DNA of 64,000 nt from Laetmonice hystrix (lineage: Eukaryota): positions 33,544,001 through 33,608,000 of the forward strand of contig OZ249436.1 of the NCBI GenBank assembly GCA_965235115.1, given 5' to 3'. Below the pieces are notes generated by a model. It worked only from the letters and a program-made list of their open reading frames with translations, was not told where the DNA came from and made no database searches. Within the stretch, counting starts at the first letter, position 1; each line of letters begins with the position of its first letter. Of this stretch, positions 38,201 through 51,202 are shown one piece after another. The position numbers and the translations under genes were made by a program.

Positions 38201-41200
38201 ACTGACTGCTGAGTGTATATATGAGGTGAAGTCTCCTTTTGGCATGCAGCAATATTGTGTCTAAAACTGCTTTCCGCTAGCCGGTATAGTGGCACTTTCC
38301 AGATGTACGCAATTTAAAAGATTAACAATGCCTGTGCTCGAATTGATTTTGATCACTATCTCTGGAACGGTACCTAATAGATCATGGGAAACATTTACTA
38401 TGGCAAGAAAATGTAATTGCGTATAAAATTATGTGGAAATTACAATTGGCAACACAATATGTGCAGATAAAAAGATTGATCGTAATTCCAATCTTGCAGC
38501 AATTTAAAATGCAAACTTCATTTTAGTAAATATGAGGTCATAAAGACCCATTCATTTTAAGATTTCTTCTCGTCGTTTCATTAGAAACATTTTGCAAATA
38601 TTAGTTGCTTCGCCATTTACCAAGATTATGAGTAATATTATTTAGACACGTCTATATTTGGAATATTTCGTTCTTGATTTTGCTCATGTCCCATAGATTC
38701 TTTGTATTCTTGAGGAGGAAGGCTGCACGTATAGAATGGACCGAACGTTACACACCGTTGAAACTTTTGGATGTGGGATTGTCGATGGTCCAGAATCGGA
38801 GCCGTGACCGGTCAGTTGGTTCTCTTATCTCTCCATAAAACTCACATTAGCGCTCTTGATAGACTTCGACATTACACGAAGCCATCCAACATTAAAACGT
38901 CCTAAATTGACCCTTATTTCCATTCATTCTGTTGCAGAATTTCGATCAAATTTATTTTCGGAAAGTACGCCACACACATCACGCGACACTGTGTCCTGGA
39001 CAGTATCCGCGATGTACCAGCCGCGAACATTTTTTACCGTTAACAATTGGCGACGGCCAACACACTCCAGACACTAATCACTCTGTGCTAACTAATATAT
39101 ATAGCGTCGGTCCCGTGGCGTGATCACGCCTAGCCAGCAGACACGTATGTCCACAGAGCACCGGCCACTCTTCCGCCTCTTGCTGATTTCGCTACCGGCG
39201 TTAGATTTATGAGGAAGGCATGTTAATGTGCAGCTAACGTCGGGGAGTGGCATCACAGGTCGATTATTCCGAGTTGGTTCTCTGACTATGGAAGCTCAAC
39301 CCGCCTGGTCGCAATTCTCAATAATCCCGCCGGCCAAATACCGCTGTGGCAAAATCGGACAAAATAATGTTGGATTAGAAAATGGTATTCCTCTCACCCG
39401 TCGCTCGTTGCCGCAAGTAATACAGGACAAATCCATTCCACCCAGTGCGGACTCGAATGGGATCAAGACACTGCGAAGTGTCTCATCGCAAATCCTCGAC
39501 GCTTATGTTTCTAACCCGTTCATTTTGGTGTCCTCACACAGACAGAAATACCCCATCCACCGCGGATTTGTCGAATGTCTACTATTCGGGCAATTCCACA
39601 GCCAGAAGGCAGACACGCTACTGCGACTCCACTCTCTCTTCATATCATACTAGCTCCCTGTTTTATTGCATGCCTTCTGACGTCAACGTCATAAATAGGA
39701 ATCTTTTGAGGCAAATGTTATGCAAAATATGAATGACAAAAGCGTAATTTTTTATTTTGTTATTCGCGGGCTTTTAATATTCCATATTTTGTTCCATATA
39801 ATGATGGGAGTCTACCGCTCGCTCACAGAATGTTTCTCACGCATTCGATAATTAATTAATTTTGTAACCCATTGATATATTACAATGTCAGAGTAGTACT
39901 TCACGCTCATGCCATTGCATGCTGCATTGTAGTAATAGAATCTAAATAAAGAATGATAAAAAACGGTGATGGTACGTGATGTGACTAAATATTACAGTTT
40001 CGATTTGAGGAAATATTGACATCCATTCGCACCGTCCCAATCATCACACCTGGTGATCGATCGAGTGCAGCACCGATTTTATACGCATTGCCAATATTTT
40101 ATTGGACACTTCCAGGTCATAAAGTTCAAATCATTCAGTCTGTGGATAACGATGCCGAGATAAAAGTTGCACCTTACATTCCGGAGGATATACCGTATAT
40201 CTATTGACGAATGGGCAGGTCTAACCTGGGATTTCCTTTTTCTCTGCATTTGATCCAACAAACATTTTATACCTTTTAGCGTGTTAACTCTGCCGGCACT
40301 ATTGACAGCCGAGACGCTTTGATCCTGTGAATATAAAACCAGGGCAAGGGGGGGGGGGGATACCGCTGTGACGCCTTGATCCTTCGAATGTAATGTAATA
40401 CCCGGGCAAGGGGGGAGGCTTTATTTTACCTTGAGTGTCTGTGAAAGTGTGATGATTTGTTTCCCCTTGTGCTGCACGCATTATGTTAGCTTGCATTAAT
40501 TAAAAATTTAAAAGAAAGAAAAAAAAGAAGACTGTTACAGCAAGTCTGTCACACTAGAAACCTCCACACGGAGGCTCAAAAAGGGCGTTGTATCTCCTGT
40601 TGGATCACAGCACTATAGAACTCTATCCTTCCACTACATAATATATAGGCCTATCTAGAAGGTACGTGAAATTCAGAAGCGAGATAGGGTGTATAAGAGT
40701 TCAAGATAAGTGACGCACTGATAAGAAAATGCGCAACTTGAAAACATATACAGATCCTTCCCTATCACTCCGTTTTTAAATTTCTCTTTCCATAAAAAGT
40801 GGCGGACAAAGCTTCTGATATTCTTCTTCGAGTAGAATATCGCCCATACAAATCGACGGAAGAAATATTTCCCCGTCCATAGATACAAACACCATGCAGT
40901 CCTAGCTATACTCTAGTTACCCATGTCGTTTAACGTCGTTGGCCAATCAATACGGCTATCTACGTCAGACCTGAACGTCACCCAAAATAATAGTTTCTCT
41001 GGCACGCATGCGTTGCGCTCCTGTGTCTCTGTCGGGCCGACGAATCTTTTGCCGGTTAGGCTAGCCTCAAGTAAAAGCACTTAGGAGGTTGTCCATGGCG
41101 GCGGGAGATTTAGGCAGGGCAGCTATCGGTGTTCGATAATAGCCTGTCAATAGTGTAGAAGAAGGCAGAGAGTTTGGTCGGCGTGTACGATCGCAAGTTT

Positions 41201-41405
41201 CAAGATATGGTCTCAGGTGGGATGGTTCCCAATGGAAACTGCGCGTGCTTCATGCACGAGACGAAATGTGGACCGTGTAGGGAAGACAGTCTGTCTTGTC
41301 AGAAGTGGCCTCTTTAGTATGCTTCATATCTTTGATTAAAAGGGAAACCGAAGTCCATTGTGCGTTTTATTATCCTTCTTCCGTTTCTTTCTTCTCTGAG
41401 TTCTG

Positions 41406-41560
41406 GGGCCCGTCTCACTAAAGACTGGTTAATAACCAGATCGTTAAGTTAACATAGGAGTGAATGGAAGGCTGCTGGTTACAGTAACCAGCAGCCTTCC
41501 ATTCACTCCTATGTTAACTTAACGATCTGGTTATTAACCAGCCTTTAGTGAGACGGGCCC
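41406..41560. mobile_element. 155-bp near-perfect palindromic MITE with CTG target-site duplication
   Basis: ctg|gggcccgtctcactaaag...ctttagtgagacgggccc|ctg. 77-bp arms with one mismatch and a 1-nt centre at 41483. Confidence 0.93.
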
Positions 41561-44500
41561 CTGGATTGCCCGTTTTCGCATCGTTAGAGCGTTTATTTTT
41601 TGTTTAGATGTATTTTCTCGAAGCTGACTTTAAGCTATACTGTTGTAACAGTCTGTGTTGCCGACTAAACGCGGTCTGAAATACAAGACGTTTTGTGTCT
41701 AAGAGGGGGACTCTCGCATTTCAGCTTTCCAATAATCCGTTGTAAAATCCGCTTGCTGAAATCCCTCGTAGGCCCTCGTCCTTGTAGGCCATGGATCGCA
41801 AGATCTCATGCTTTCGCCATAGGGCCTACATTCGAGGTAGCTTTCGCAAGTTATTTCGTATTCATAGGGACAAAATAGACACATCTTCGGCAGCCAAATC
41901 CTGGGCAATGACCAACGACTCGGACAATACGCCCAAAACTCTATTGCCCCTGTGTTGCCGCTCCGTTGTTCATCGAAAGCCCTGGTGCCCTCGGTCGGTG
42001 AAGGCCGGGCTCGAAATCACCATTTACAATAAAGGACCGTGGTTCCTGATTGGGCGCCCGTGCTCGGCGATGTGCTTAAAAGCCTGATCGATATCCTCGC
42101 CATGTGGGTGTCATCTCTTTCGATTATTGACCACTCAGAAGCTTCTTTGCTTGGGCAGACTTTGATCAAAGATCCCAAGGTCATCTGCCCATTAAGGGCA
42201 CGGCGACGACGAAGCCAACCTGCCGGAAAATCCCGCGTTCGGCGAAGATTGCCCGCTCTGCGTGTGCCATGCCATTCATGAAATTGGATCTTAGAAATGA
42301 CAAATATAGCTTCATTCATGCATCCAAAGAGGTAATGGACAAACCAGCAATTGAGATATGTTTTGTAGAAATAAGATTTAATCCAGTCTAAGAAATGAAT
42401 TAACACTAGGTATAGGCAGACGGGTTGACGGACACGCACAATGTGCGATGAGGTAACATCGTTGATCATCGGATCATAATCGCATTTAGAATCTTTTTAA
42501 AGAATTATGCTGGCCATTACTATTCTGGAATAAAGTTACTAAAGTTATGAAATAAAATGTCGTTTGTACTTTGTCACTTACAAAAAAAAAAAGCAAAACG
42601 CGTTAGTGTAGGCTAAATATAGTTTTCCACAACTTGCGGCCAAGTTGTGTGTAAATCGGACGGACGCGGACAAAAATACGTCTCATTGAGCGATCATCGC
42701 GAAAACGAGGCCGGCGTTGGGTGCCATCCATGCGCAGACCATTTTGCTAGAGCCTGATCCATGGTTTCCAAAGAGGATAGTGTAGAGGCGGCGGGTATTT
42801 CTCCGGCATGGACTGTGAAACTCGAGACTCCAACGAAAGACAATGAAATCGTCTTTTAAACATTTTCATGCCATTCTCCGAATCCAACAACTGTACGAAT
42901 AGAGTCTCCGATTCAGGACTGTACCCAGCGTTTCCTTAGACCCCCCCCCCCCCGCCCGCCCACTTTAAATCAGAATGAAGCTGAACTCGTTCAAGCACCA
43001 GCATATCTAGACTAATTAATAGACTCCATCGTGTTGAAACCATAGACGTAGATATAGGCGCGCTTGACCCCAGCACTTCCCGATAACGGAAACACGTTTG
43101 ACGTGTCGCCCGGAACTGTTTGCGGTATCATTTTTTTTACACAATTCCGGGGGACAAAATGGCACCCTCGAGGCTAATGCCAGATGTGAAGTCCATCACG
43201 ACACGACAATGACACGTCAACAGCGAAACCCTATGAGTCCAGAGTCTATCTCAGAGTCTAGAGTCTAGGCTCGACGGAAACGACGACCCCTTATACTGTA
43301 GGAAGTTTAAGGCCTCCAATCATGTGTGCTGATTACATTCCGTTTTGTCGGAAATTCAAAGGGCTTTAAGCATATAGAAAGAAAATGAAAAAATGAATTC
43401 GAAGAAGAAAAATGTGTCTGTGGGGGGCGTACACGGGGCACCTGCCTGGCCCTGACGTCAACTGAAGCGTCGCCAGCTACCAGTGTTTCTTCGCCATCGA
43501 CCGCCAATCGTTGACGCAGGCGGATGCCGTTCTTTCAGCAAATTGTTCACGGAGTGATGCCGTTTACTGCCCTTTTGTCCCTGCAGCACGTCGATGAGGA
43601 CAAGTGCGAACCAAGCTGAAGTGATTCGGATGAGCGAACCGTTCATCCTGAAGTTCAGCCAATGACTCTTAGCACGTAGCGAAAAAAAAGCAAAAGTTCT
43701 TTACGAACTTACTAATGCTCATCAAAATGACTCTGCAAAAATACACAATTTTTTTTGTCTGAAAAATAGATTTTCGACGCCCAAATAGAATATTTTCGTA
43801 TAATAATCCTGCTGTGTGTTAAGGCGACAATGAGCGAACAGTGAAGTTCGTTTCGTCTCCATATAAAACGATCCACATGAAAACCACATACTGGCAGATT
43901 CCGCCCCTTGACCACTGGGGGTTACAATTCGGGCCAACCCCTTGAAAACGAATATGACACGACAAGGCAAGGGAAGTAGGTTTTCTTGTTACCGACTGCT
44001 CATTGTCTCAACATACCGACAGGAGCCTGGGGGCGACATCTACTGAGACGGCATCCTTCCGAGCAAATCGGTTAACTGCTTCAAGATTACGCCGTCTTCG
44101 GAAATAATTATTTGTACATGTGTACTTGATAAAAGTTCAGCGTCGGTTAGGTTCTTATACTCAACTAACTTCAAAAAAAGCGGGTAAAAGGTATACGCCA
44201 CCTGTTAAATTCTTTGTTTTCTGTCTTGTGATAGCTGGCTATAGGGCAGGGCTTCTTAAAGCAACCCAAGACTAGGCTCAAAGGAACAAAATCACCCTTA
44301 ATTTGGATAGAGGCATCAACACCCTAGGAATCACCTGTGTAAGGCATACCAGCACTTTGCCAAGTCAAAGAATTTGCGCGAAAATAAAACCAGCACAAAT
44401 AAAACCCAATCCACGGTATTTGATCTTCCATTGCTTGGAGTAGATCGATGCGCTTACTGAAACTAGACTTGAAGGGCCTGTGTAACATGATCGCCAACAT

Positions 44501-45167
44501 CATTGGTATACCTTCTATACCTTATCAGAGAAGAAACACACTAATGTTAATATGGATGTATTCCTTAGAACAAAGCAAACTAAACCAGAAGTACGTTTCC
44601 CTGAAGAACACTTGACACTATCGTTGGAAACATCGTTGTGACAACTGGAATATTTGCCTCAGCCGCCAGGGCCAGAGTGCACGCAGCTAGGACTTGAATA
44701 GTGAAACACCGCGTCGCTATACTAAAGACATCTTTGTATAATATACCACTGATAGATTTCATGGTATCAGCAATATCATATAGCGTATATAGTAAAGCGT
44801 ACCCCTGGTACTCTGCAGGGGTTTCAGTTCAATACTATATACACTCGTCTACATCTCTACCATAATGTTGCCAGGCACGTTTTCAATTTGCTTTGAAGAT
44901 TAAAGGGGAGTCACGTGCCCTCGCCGGGAGGTACACGAGACTATCATTTGTAACTGAAACGTCGTCTGTCTTCGACTTCTACCCTTTGTCATCAGGCGTA
45001 CGTCTATATTGATGCGTGGGATACAATACTATTATCATCAGGAACGTGTCATAGAATTACTTCATTCGTGGTATATTTCTTTATCCTATTTTGCAATGTC
45101 ATTAGCGTTGGGAAAAGATCACCTGGCTTGCCACCAGAGCTTTCAAATCATGTTCTTTATACTTGTA

Positions 45168-45343
45168 AAGCCAGGAATCCATGTGTCCGTAGTGCGTATT
45201 GCGTAATCAAAACAATGAAATGCACTACGCACATATGGAATCACTCCAACTTGTTTTCATTGATTTTGATGAACACGCATTACGCACTACGCAGTACGCA
45301 TTACGTATCACGCCCACACTACGTACACATGCATTCCTGGCTT
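45168..45343. mobile_element. Short MITE with tgcgta/tacgca internal motifs; related degenerate longer copy at about 45370-45987
   Basis: aagccaggaatccatgtgtccgtagtg / cactacgtacacatgcattcctggctt inverted termini. Confidence 0.7.
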
Positions 45344-47483
45344 CTCTCAACCAGATATTGCAGCATATCCGGATGCGTAATTAATGCGTATATGCGTAAA
45401 ATTGGGATCCACGCTGGTGTATCCGTCGTGCGTATATCATCCATAGACACGTAAAAATAGCGGTACGTAAATACTGGTGACGCGTATAATATTCTTGTTT
45501 GACCTTGGTAATTTTCTTATTTGCTGTTTTGACTTTTGGTGGTAGTACACTAAAGCGAACTCGCAAACTGACAGCATTCCCATAGGCCTAAGCTGCCACC
45601 GTCCCTTTCAAAATAAGAAGAAATGAAGAAGAAGCCGAAGAAAATACGTTTTTACTTTTGAGTTTGTTGTACATGAATGAGAAACGGAAACGTAGCAAGA
45701 GGAAGCACAGATGGTGGCTTCATCCTCTGCTGATGCAGGAAAACACCACGTTTTTCACGTCATTCTAGGTCGGTCGTGGAGAAACACCATGTTTTTTACG
45801 TAATATTTATGTAATTCCCTCTGCGTATGCGTAAAAAAGGGTCATGAGGCAATCACTTGCGTAATGCGTAAAACCTTACGCTTTAGGCATCTACGGATGC
45901 ATCACAATTGAAATTCATTATGACCTTTTAAAATACGCATACGCATTACACATACGCATATATACGGACCCATGCATGCATAGCTTTAGTGTACATGAGC
46001 CTAAATAGACGTTTTGGTTATCTGGCTTCGGTGGTTCACACGACACATGCACGAGGCTTTGTCGTTTCATAGGAATCCCGCAGTAACAAATTAATGTTGG
46101 TGGAATTTTCCCACCTTCCATTGTTTTCCACTTTTTCCAGGTGCGTGTTTAGATTCAAACCATTGATCCGTGAAGTTAATGATCCGACTCTAGACCTTAT
46201 GACTTGTTGCCGCGTCCATAGACCCTGAAGTTATTCTTTTTCCGCCGTCCCGCGAACTAATTAAAATTTACGCCTTTTAGGCTTTTTAACAATTTTGCTG
46301 AATAGGTTTCAGGCCTCACTCTGCGTTTCATTGAAATAATTAGAAGACTGGCTTGAAACGGAGGCGAGAACGTTATTTTCGCGGTGGTAGAAAGCAGTCC
46401 AATGTATTATGTATGGGTTAACTGGTCTGGCTGATTTTATAAGACGTTGCCCTCAAGGAATATTTTTCTAGACGCATGCATTGTACAATATATACGTAAT
46501 GTTTCGTCTATATTGCAGGGACCACTGTGTCGCTCCAGGCCAGTCAGTGGACGTACTCCAAAACACAATTATGTATCTACAACGGATGCAATTTCCTCAA
46601 CTAAAGTAAACCACCGTACAGTAGGAGTAAATTACACATTGTTACTTTGATCACATCCCCCCCATCAAGTCATTTTTTGCTCCGCTGCCTCAGAAGCAGG
46701 ACATATTCCCACGATAGGCCGGCCCTCAGGGTATTTTGTTCGAATACGTAAATACAATCAAGATAAGCATCAGCCTTTGGCAGTAGAATGGTAGTTCAAA
46801 CTCAAGCCATACCTATATCTAATCCATCAGTCCGAGGTGCGTGTCTGCCTCCTTCCCAGTTTTTTGTTCCTCCGAATCAGTCAGTCCCAAAAGACGCCCT
46901 CGTATTGATGTTTTAGTGATACGAAGCTTAACTGTTGTAAAGCCAACTCCAGTAAAAGAGCGCCTATCTAGTATGTGTGTCGCCCATACCGGGAATGTCC
47001 TCGTTTACTCCTGCAGAAAGTCGCCAACAAACTGCCGCAGCACCCGCAGAGACTCTATCAACCAATGGCCAACCTCAGCCACCTCATTCTCAAGTCAAGT
47101 CAAGTCAAATAAACTTTTATTGATGCAGATGTAAGAAATAAATAACAGATTTGTATACATCATTACGTAACAACGAACGAAACAACTAAACAAAAATATG
47201 TGTATAATAATGCATCTGCAACAAAAGGGAGTGAAGCTCACAAGAGCTATTTTTCCCTCAATTATTTACAACTTTGAGTTAGTGACATGGGTGTAGAACA
47301 CAACTTATCAGACTAAATTAAACATAAGCATAAAGTGATAAACATAGGAAAGTAAGAAACACCCCCTACCCCCCACGAAGGAACACACACAGAAAGAAGC
47401 TGATATAGTATACACCATATTCCAAATTGTAGTCAAACCTACTATATTAATATAAACTAATACCTGTTGACATAGTAAAATAT

Positions 47484-50400
47484 TTATCCATTTTCTCCCG
47501 TAGTAAGGAGAAATTCTTTAAGATGATATTTGAAAGTGGCTAGTGAGCAATTAAAGTTTAATTTTTCTTTAAAAGAATTATAGAGATGAACCCCAGTATA
47601 TCTTATTGTCTTACGGTAGAGTTCTGTTTTGAAAATAGGTTCTCGAAAGAGATCGAGATATCTTGTGTTGTATTGATGAACCTCATAGTTGCGACAAAAC
47701 ATATCATTAAATATACTTGGTAACAAGTGATGTACATATTTATACATAAATATTACAACTCTGCAGGTATATAAGTGGCTAAGATTAAGTATTTTTAAGT
47801 CCTTGAACAGTTCATGTGTATGGGCCTTCCGGTCTGAGAATGTTATGATACGAATTATTTTTTTTTGAAGTCTAAACAGGGGTGAAAGATATGTTGTTGA
47901 TGTACAACCCCAGACTTCATTACAATAATGGAGATAAGGGTACACAAAGGAGTAGTACAAAATAAGAAGAGTATTCCTGTTTAAAAACCTTCTAGCCTTA
48001 CTGATAATACCAGTAGCTCTTGCAATTTTGCCTTTAATATGGTTAATATGATGCGACCAGTTTAAAAGAGAGTCGATATATACTCCTAGGAATTTAGTCG
48101 ATTCAACTTTCTCAATATTATTTCCATTGATTTTAATATTATTTGTATATACCGTTTTTTTCTTTTTGGACCTAAATATCATAAAGTTAGTCTTAGTAAT
48201 ATTTAAAGATAACTTATTTACATTCAGCCACTGAACAAGTTTATGGAGTTCAGCGTTCATCATGTTAATGACATCATCTAAATTCCTTCCTGTTATAAAA
48301 GCGTTAGTATCATCAGCAAATATTAGAAGAAAAATCAAGTCAGATACATTTGAGATATCATTTACATAGAGAATAAAGAGCAGAGGCCCTAATATCGAGC
48401 CCTGTGGGACACCACATGAGATAGAACCCTTAGGTGAGGTTACATCATTGTAACATACATACTGTTTTCGATTAAATAGGTATGATCTAATCCAATTTAA
48501 AGCAATTCCTCTTATTCCATAGGCTTCAAGTTTTTTTAATAGAATGTGGTGGTTGACTGTGTCGAAAGCCTTGCTAAAGTCTAAGAATACTCCAAGAGCA
48601 AATTCCCCATTTTCGAGGGCTTTAGTCGTTTTATCTACGAGGGTAATTAGGGCCATATTTGTTGAGTGTTTTTCTCTAAATCCAAACTGATATTTATATA
48701 AAATGTCATATTTATTCACAAAGTCGATTATACGATTGTACATTAATTTTTCAAGTAGTTTAGAAAATGTTGGTAGAACTGAAACCGGCCTATAATTACT
48801 TATAATCATTTTATCCCCAGACTTGAATATAGGTGACACTCTGGCTATTTTTAATTCGTCAGGGAAGAATCCCTTAGTAATTGATAAGTTCAAAACATGA
48901 GTTAATGGTAGGATGAAATCTTCGTATGTTGTTTTGATAATGCCGGGAGAGATAGAGTCCCAACCCGGGCTGGTTTTCTTTAAGTTTTGGATTAATCTCT
49001 TTACCTCGTTTTGTGTTACAGATTTAAGAAAAATTGAGTCCTGGATAGGATTTTTTATATAACTAGTAGGTTCAATGTCGATATTGGGTATTGTAGTTGC
49101 AAGTGACTGACCAATATTCAGAAAGAACTTATTGAAATGTTCGGCTATCGTAACTTTATCAGACGTTAAGTTATTATTAATTTTAAAGGAGCTCTGTGCG
49201 TTTTTATGTTGATTCTTGTTTATGATATTTTTGATTATACTCCAAGACTTACTTAAATTATTTTTATTGTTCACAAAAAGTAGGTTATAGTGGTCTCTCT
49301 CAGCCTTTCGTAAAGTTCTATCCAATACTCTCTTATAAGATTTATATGTAATTTCATTTGTTATGGTGGGACTTTTTCTGTATTTGAGGTATAGTTTGTT
49401 TTTATTTTTTATAGAATTTTTTAAGGCCTCTGTAAGCCATACTTTTCTATTACGGTATGTTGATGTATATGTTAATATTGGAAAAGAACTATCATAAATG
49501 GTGGTAACATTCTTATGAAATAAAGTGTAAGCCAATTGAGGGTCTGAGCATGTGAGAACTGGATCCCAGTTATTACCTTGCATATGCTCTCTAAACTTGT
49601 TAATGTTATTTAATGAGTATTGTCTTTTTTGTATTACCCTTGTAGGGGAGCTTGATCTATTCTTAGTATTAATTAGAAAAACCGGGAAATGGTCCGTTAT
49701 TTCAGTGTATAATATACCCTGAATAGATTCTTGATGGTGGATATTTGAGAAGATATTATCTATTAGTGTTGCCGAGTTAGCACTGACTCTGGTTGGTTTA
49801 TTTATGCTGGGCAGGTAAGCGTAAGAGTACATTATATCGATAAATTCCTTGCTGGGAATATGGCTATCCACATTAAGTAGATTGATATTAAAGTCACCCA
49901 TAATATAAGAGTGTTTTTTGGTCAGGTCTATAGCTGTGAGTATTTCGGTTAGATAGTGATTAAATATATCGATGTCAGTATTTGGAGGTCTATAAACTAT
50001 TCCTACTATAATGTTTTTCTCGAATCCAGAGAAGAAACCCTTATCTATTTCAATAAACAATGTTTCAATGTTATTATTTAGCATGTTTAAATTGTTACAT
50101 ACAGTATAGTTGATATTATTCTTTATGAACAATGAGACACCACCACCGGCTATAGCCGGTCTATAATTGTTTTCTGCACTATAACCTGGTAAACCGAAGC
50201 AATCTACATTGCTCTCTTTAAACCATGTTTCAGTGAAACCAAGTATAGAAAACCCAAGGTTTAAGACCTCTAAGTAAGCAGATATTTCATTTATATGTCT
50301 AGGCAGGCTGCGAATATTGACATGAAAAATTGAGAACATATCATTGTCTATGGCATTGTCACTAACAGACTGTATGAAACTATCTTCAGTATAATAATTA

Positions 50401-50789
50401 CAACTTGTGTTACTAGCTTCATTTATAGTGTTATAGTAATTGAGATCAGGGTCTACCTCGCATAGTGGGTAGGTATTATCATCTTCATTTAGTTCAAAGG
50501 GGACAAATAATTTATTATTGAGCTCATTCAGAGACATAGTTTTATGACAGGTATAATTAGAGGAGATCACACTTATAAACTCATTTTGGTCCTCTATATG
50601 ATTGAATGGAAACAGTGATACAGTACAATCTATGCAGTACCACATTTCGGTGTCTCGGTTAACATAAATAGAATCATCTTTGGTAACATTAGGTAAACAC
50701 TGGATGTGAACTTCATATTTACAGAGATTGCATATTAAATAACGTGAATGAGAAAGAATTCGGTTGCTACATACTTTACAGTGTTTCAT
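47484..50789 (-). CDS. LINE ORF2: PHD finger + apurinic-like endonuclease + reverse transcriptase (1101 aa)
   Basis: N-terminal CKVC..CNLC..H..C..CIDC (PHD). APE motifs HVNIRSL, FTETW, YRPP, GDFN, IDNI, TDH. RT motifs QFGFR, FLDFSKAFD, GVPQGSILGP, FADD, KFLG. In-frame TAA four codons upstream of the ATG. Confidence 0.96.
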   Translation of the reverse strand: MKHCKVCSNRILSHSRYLICNLCKYEVHIQCLPNVTKDDSIYVNRDTEMWYCIDCTVSLFPFNHIEDQNEFISVISSNYTCHKTMSLNELNNKLFVPFELNEDDNTYPLCEVDPDLNYYNTINEASNTSCNYYTEDSFIQSVSDNAIDNDMFSIFHVNIRSLPRHINEISAYLEVLNLGFSILGFTETWFKESNVDCFGLPGYSAENNYRPAIAGGGVSLFIKNNINYTVCNNLNMLNNNIETLFIEIDKGFFSGFEKNIIVGIVYRPPNTDIDIFNHYLTEILTAIDLTKKHSYIMGDFNINLLNVDSHIPSKEFIDIMYSYAYLPSINKPTRVSANSATLIDNIFSNIHHQESIQGILYTEITDHFPVFLINTKNRSSSPTRVIQKRQYSLNNINKFREHMQGNNWDPVLTCSDPQLAYTLFHKNVTTIYDSSFPILTYTSTYRNRKVWLTEALKNSIKNKNKLYLKYRKSPTITNEITYKSYKRVLDRTLRKAERDHYNLLFVNNKNNLSKSWSIIKNIINKNQHKNAQSSFKINNNLTSDKVTIAEHFNKFFLNIGQSLATTIPNIDIEPTSYIKNPIQDSIFLKSVTQNEVKRLIQNLKKTSPGWDSISPGIIKTTYEDFILPLTHVLNLSITKGFFPDELKIARVSPIFKSGDKMIISNYRPVSVLPTFSKLLEKLMYNRIIDFVNKYDILYKYQFGFREKHSTNMALITLVDKTTKALENGEFALGVFLDFSKAFDTVNHHILLKKLEAYGIRGIALNWIRSYLFNRKQYVCYNDVTSPKGSISCGVPQGSILGPLLFILYVNDISNVSDLIFLLIFADDTNAFITGRNLDDVINMMNAELHKLVQWLNVNKLSLNITKTNFMIFRSKKKKTVYTNNIKINGNNIEKVESTKFLGVYIDSLLNWSHHINHIKGKIARATGIISKARRFLNRNTLLILYYSFVYPYLHYCNEVWGCTSTTYLSPLFRLQKKIIRIITFSDRKAHTHELFKDLKILNLSHLYTCRVVIFMYKYVHHLLPSIFNDMFCRNYEVHQYNTRYLDLFREPIFKTELYRKTIRYTGVHLYNSFKEKLNFNCSLATFKYHLKEFLLTTGENG

Positions 50790-51202
50790 ATAGGTTTGTT
50801 AAGATACACAAAAAGAAACAGTCAGTCAGGTTAAGCCAGGTATGGCAACCCATTTTAGCTAACCATAGATATGATTGCATCATTTGACTATCTTGGTAGT
50901 AGGGTGTATAATACAGCGTGCAGATAGTAATACCAACCATCATAATGAACGATAGCAAAGAAAAAAAAACGAACAACAAAGGGAAAAGAGTTGTGTCCAT
51001 GAATAAGAATTGCGGATACGGATTGGATCACGACGGTCCAGAAAAAAGAAAAATACAAACTAAAGGTCGAATGGACCCTGATTGTGGTAATAAGAATAAT
51101 AATAATAGTAATATATTGCTATCAATAGACTACTGTGTAGTAAGATAGTAGAGGATGAGGACAAAAGTGACCAACACATGTAGGTGTGACGAAAGGTCTA
51201 AC

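Noticed and set aside
931..42953. Numerous G/C homopolymer runs as a functional G-quadruplex system
   Set aside because: Many belong to hAT-like repeat subtermini or are simple slippage runs; their lengths are also prone to sequencing error.
46060..46200. tRNA or tRNA-derived SINE head (weak A/B-box-like words on the minus strand; similar near 23100-23150)
   Set aside because: Too degenerate, no cloverleaf and no second copy in the window.
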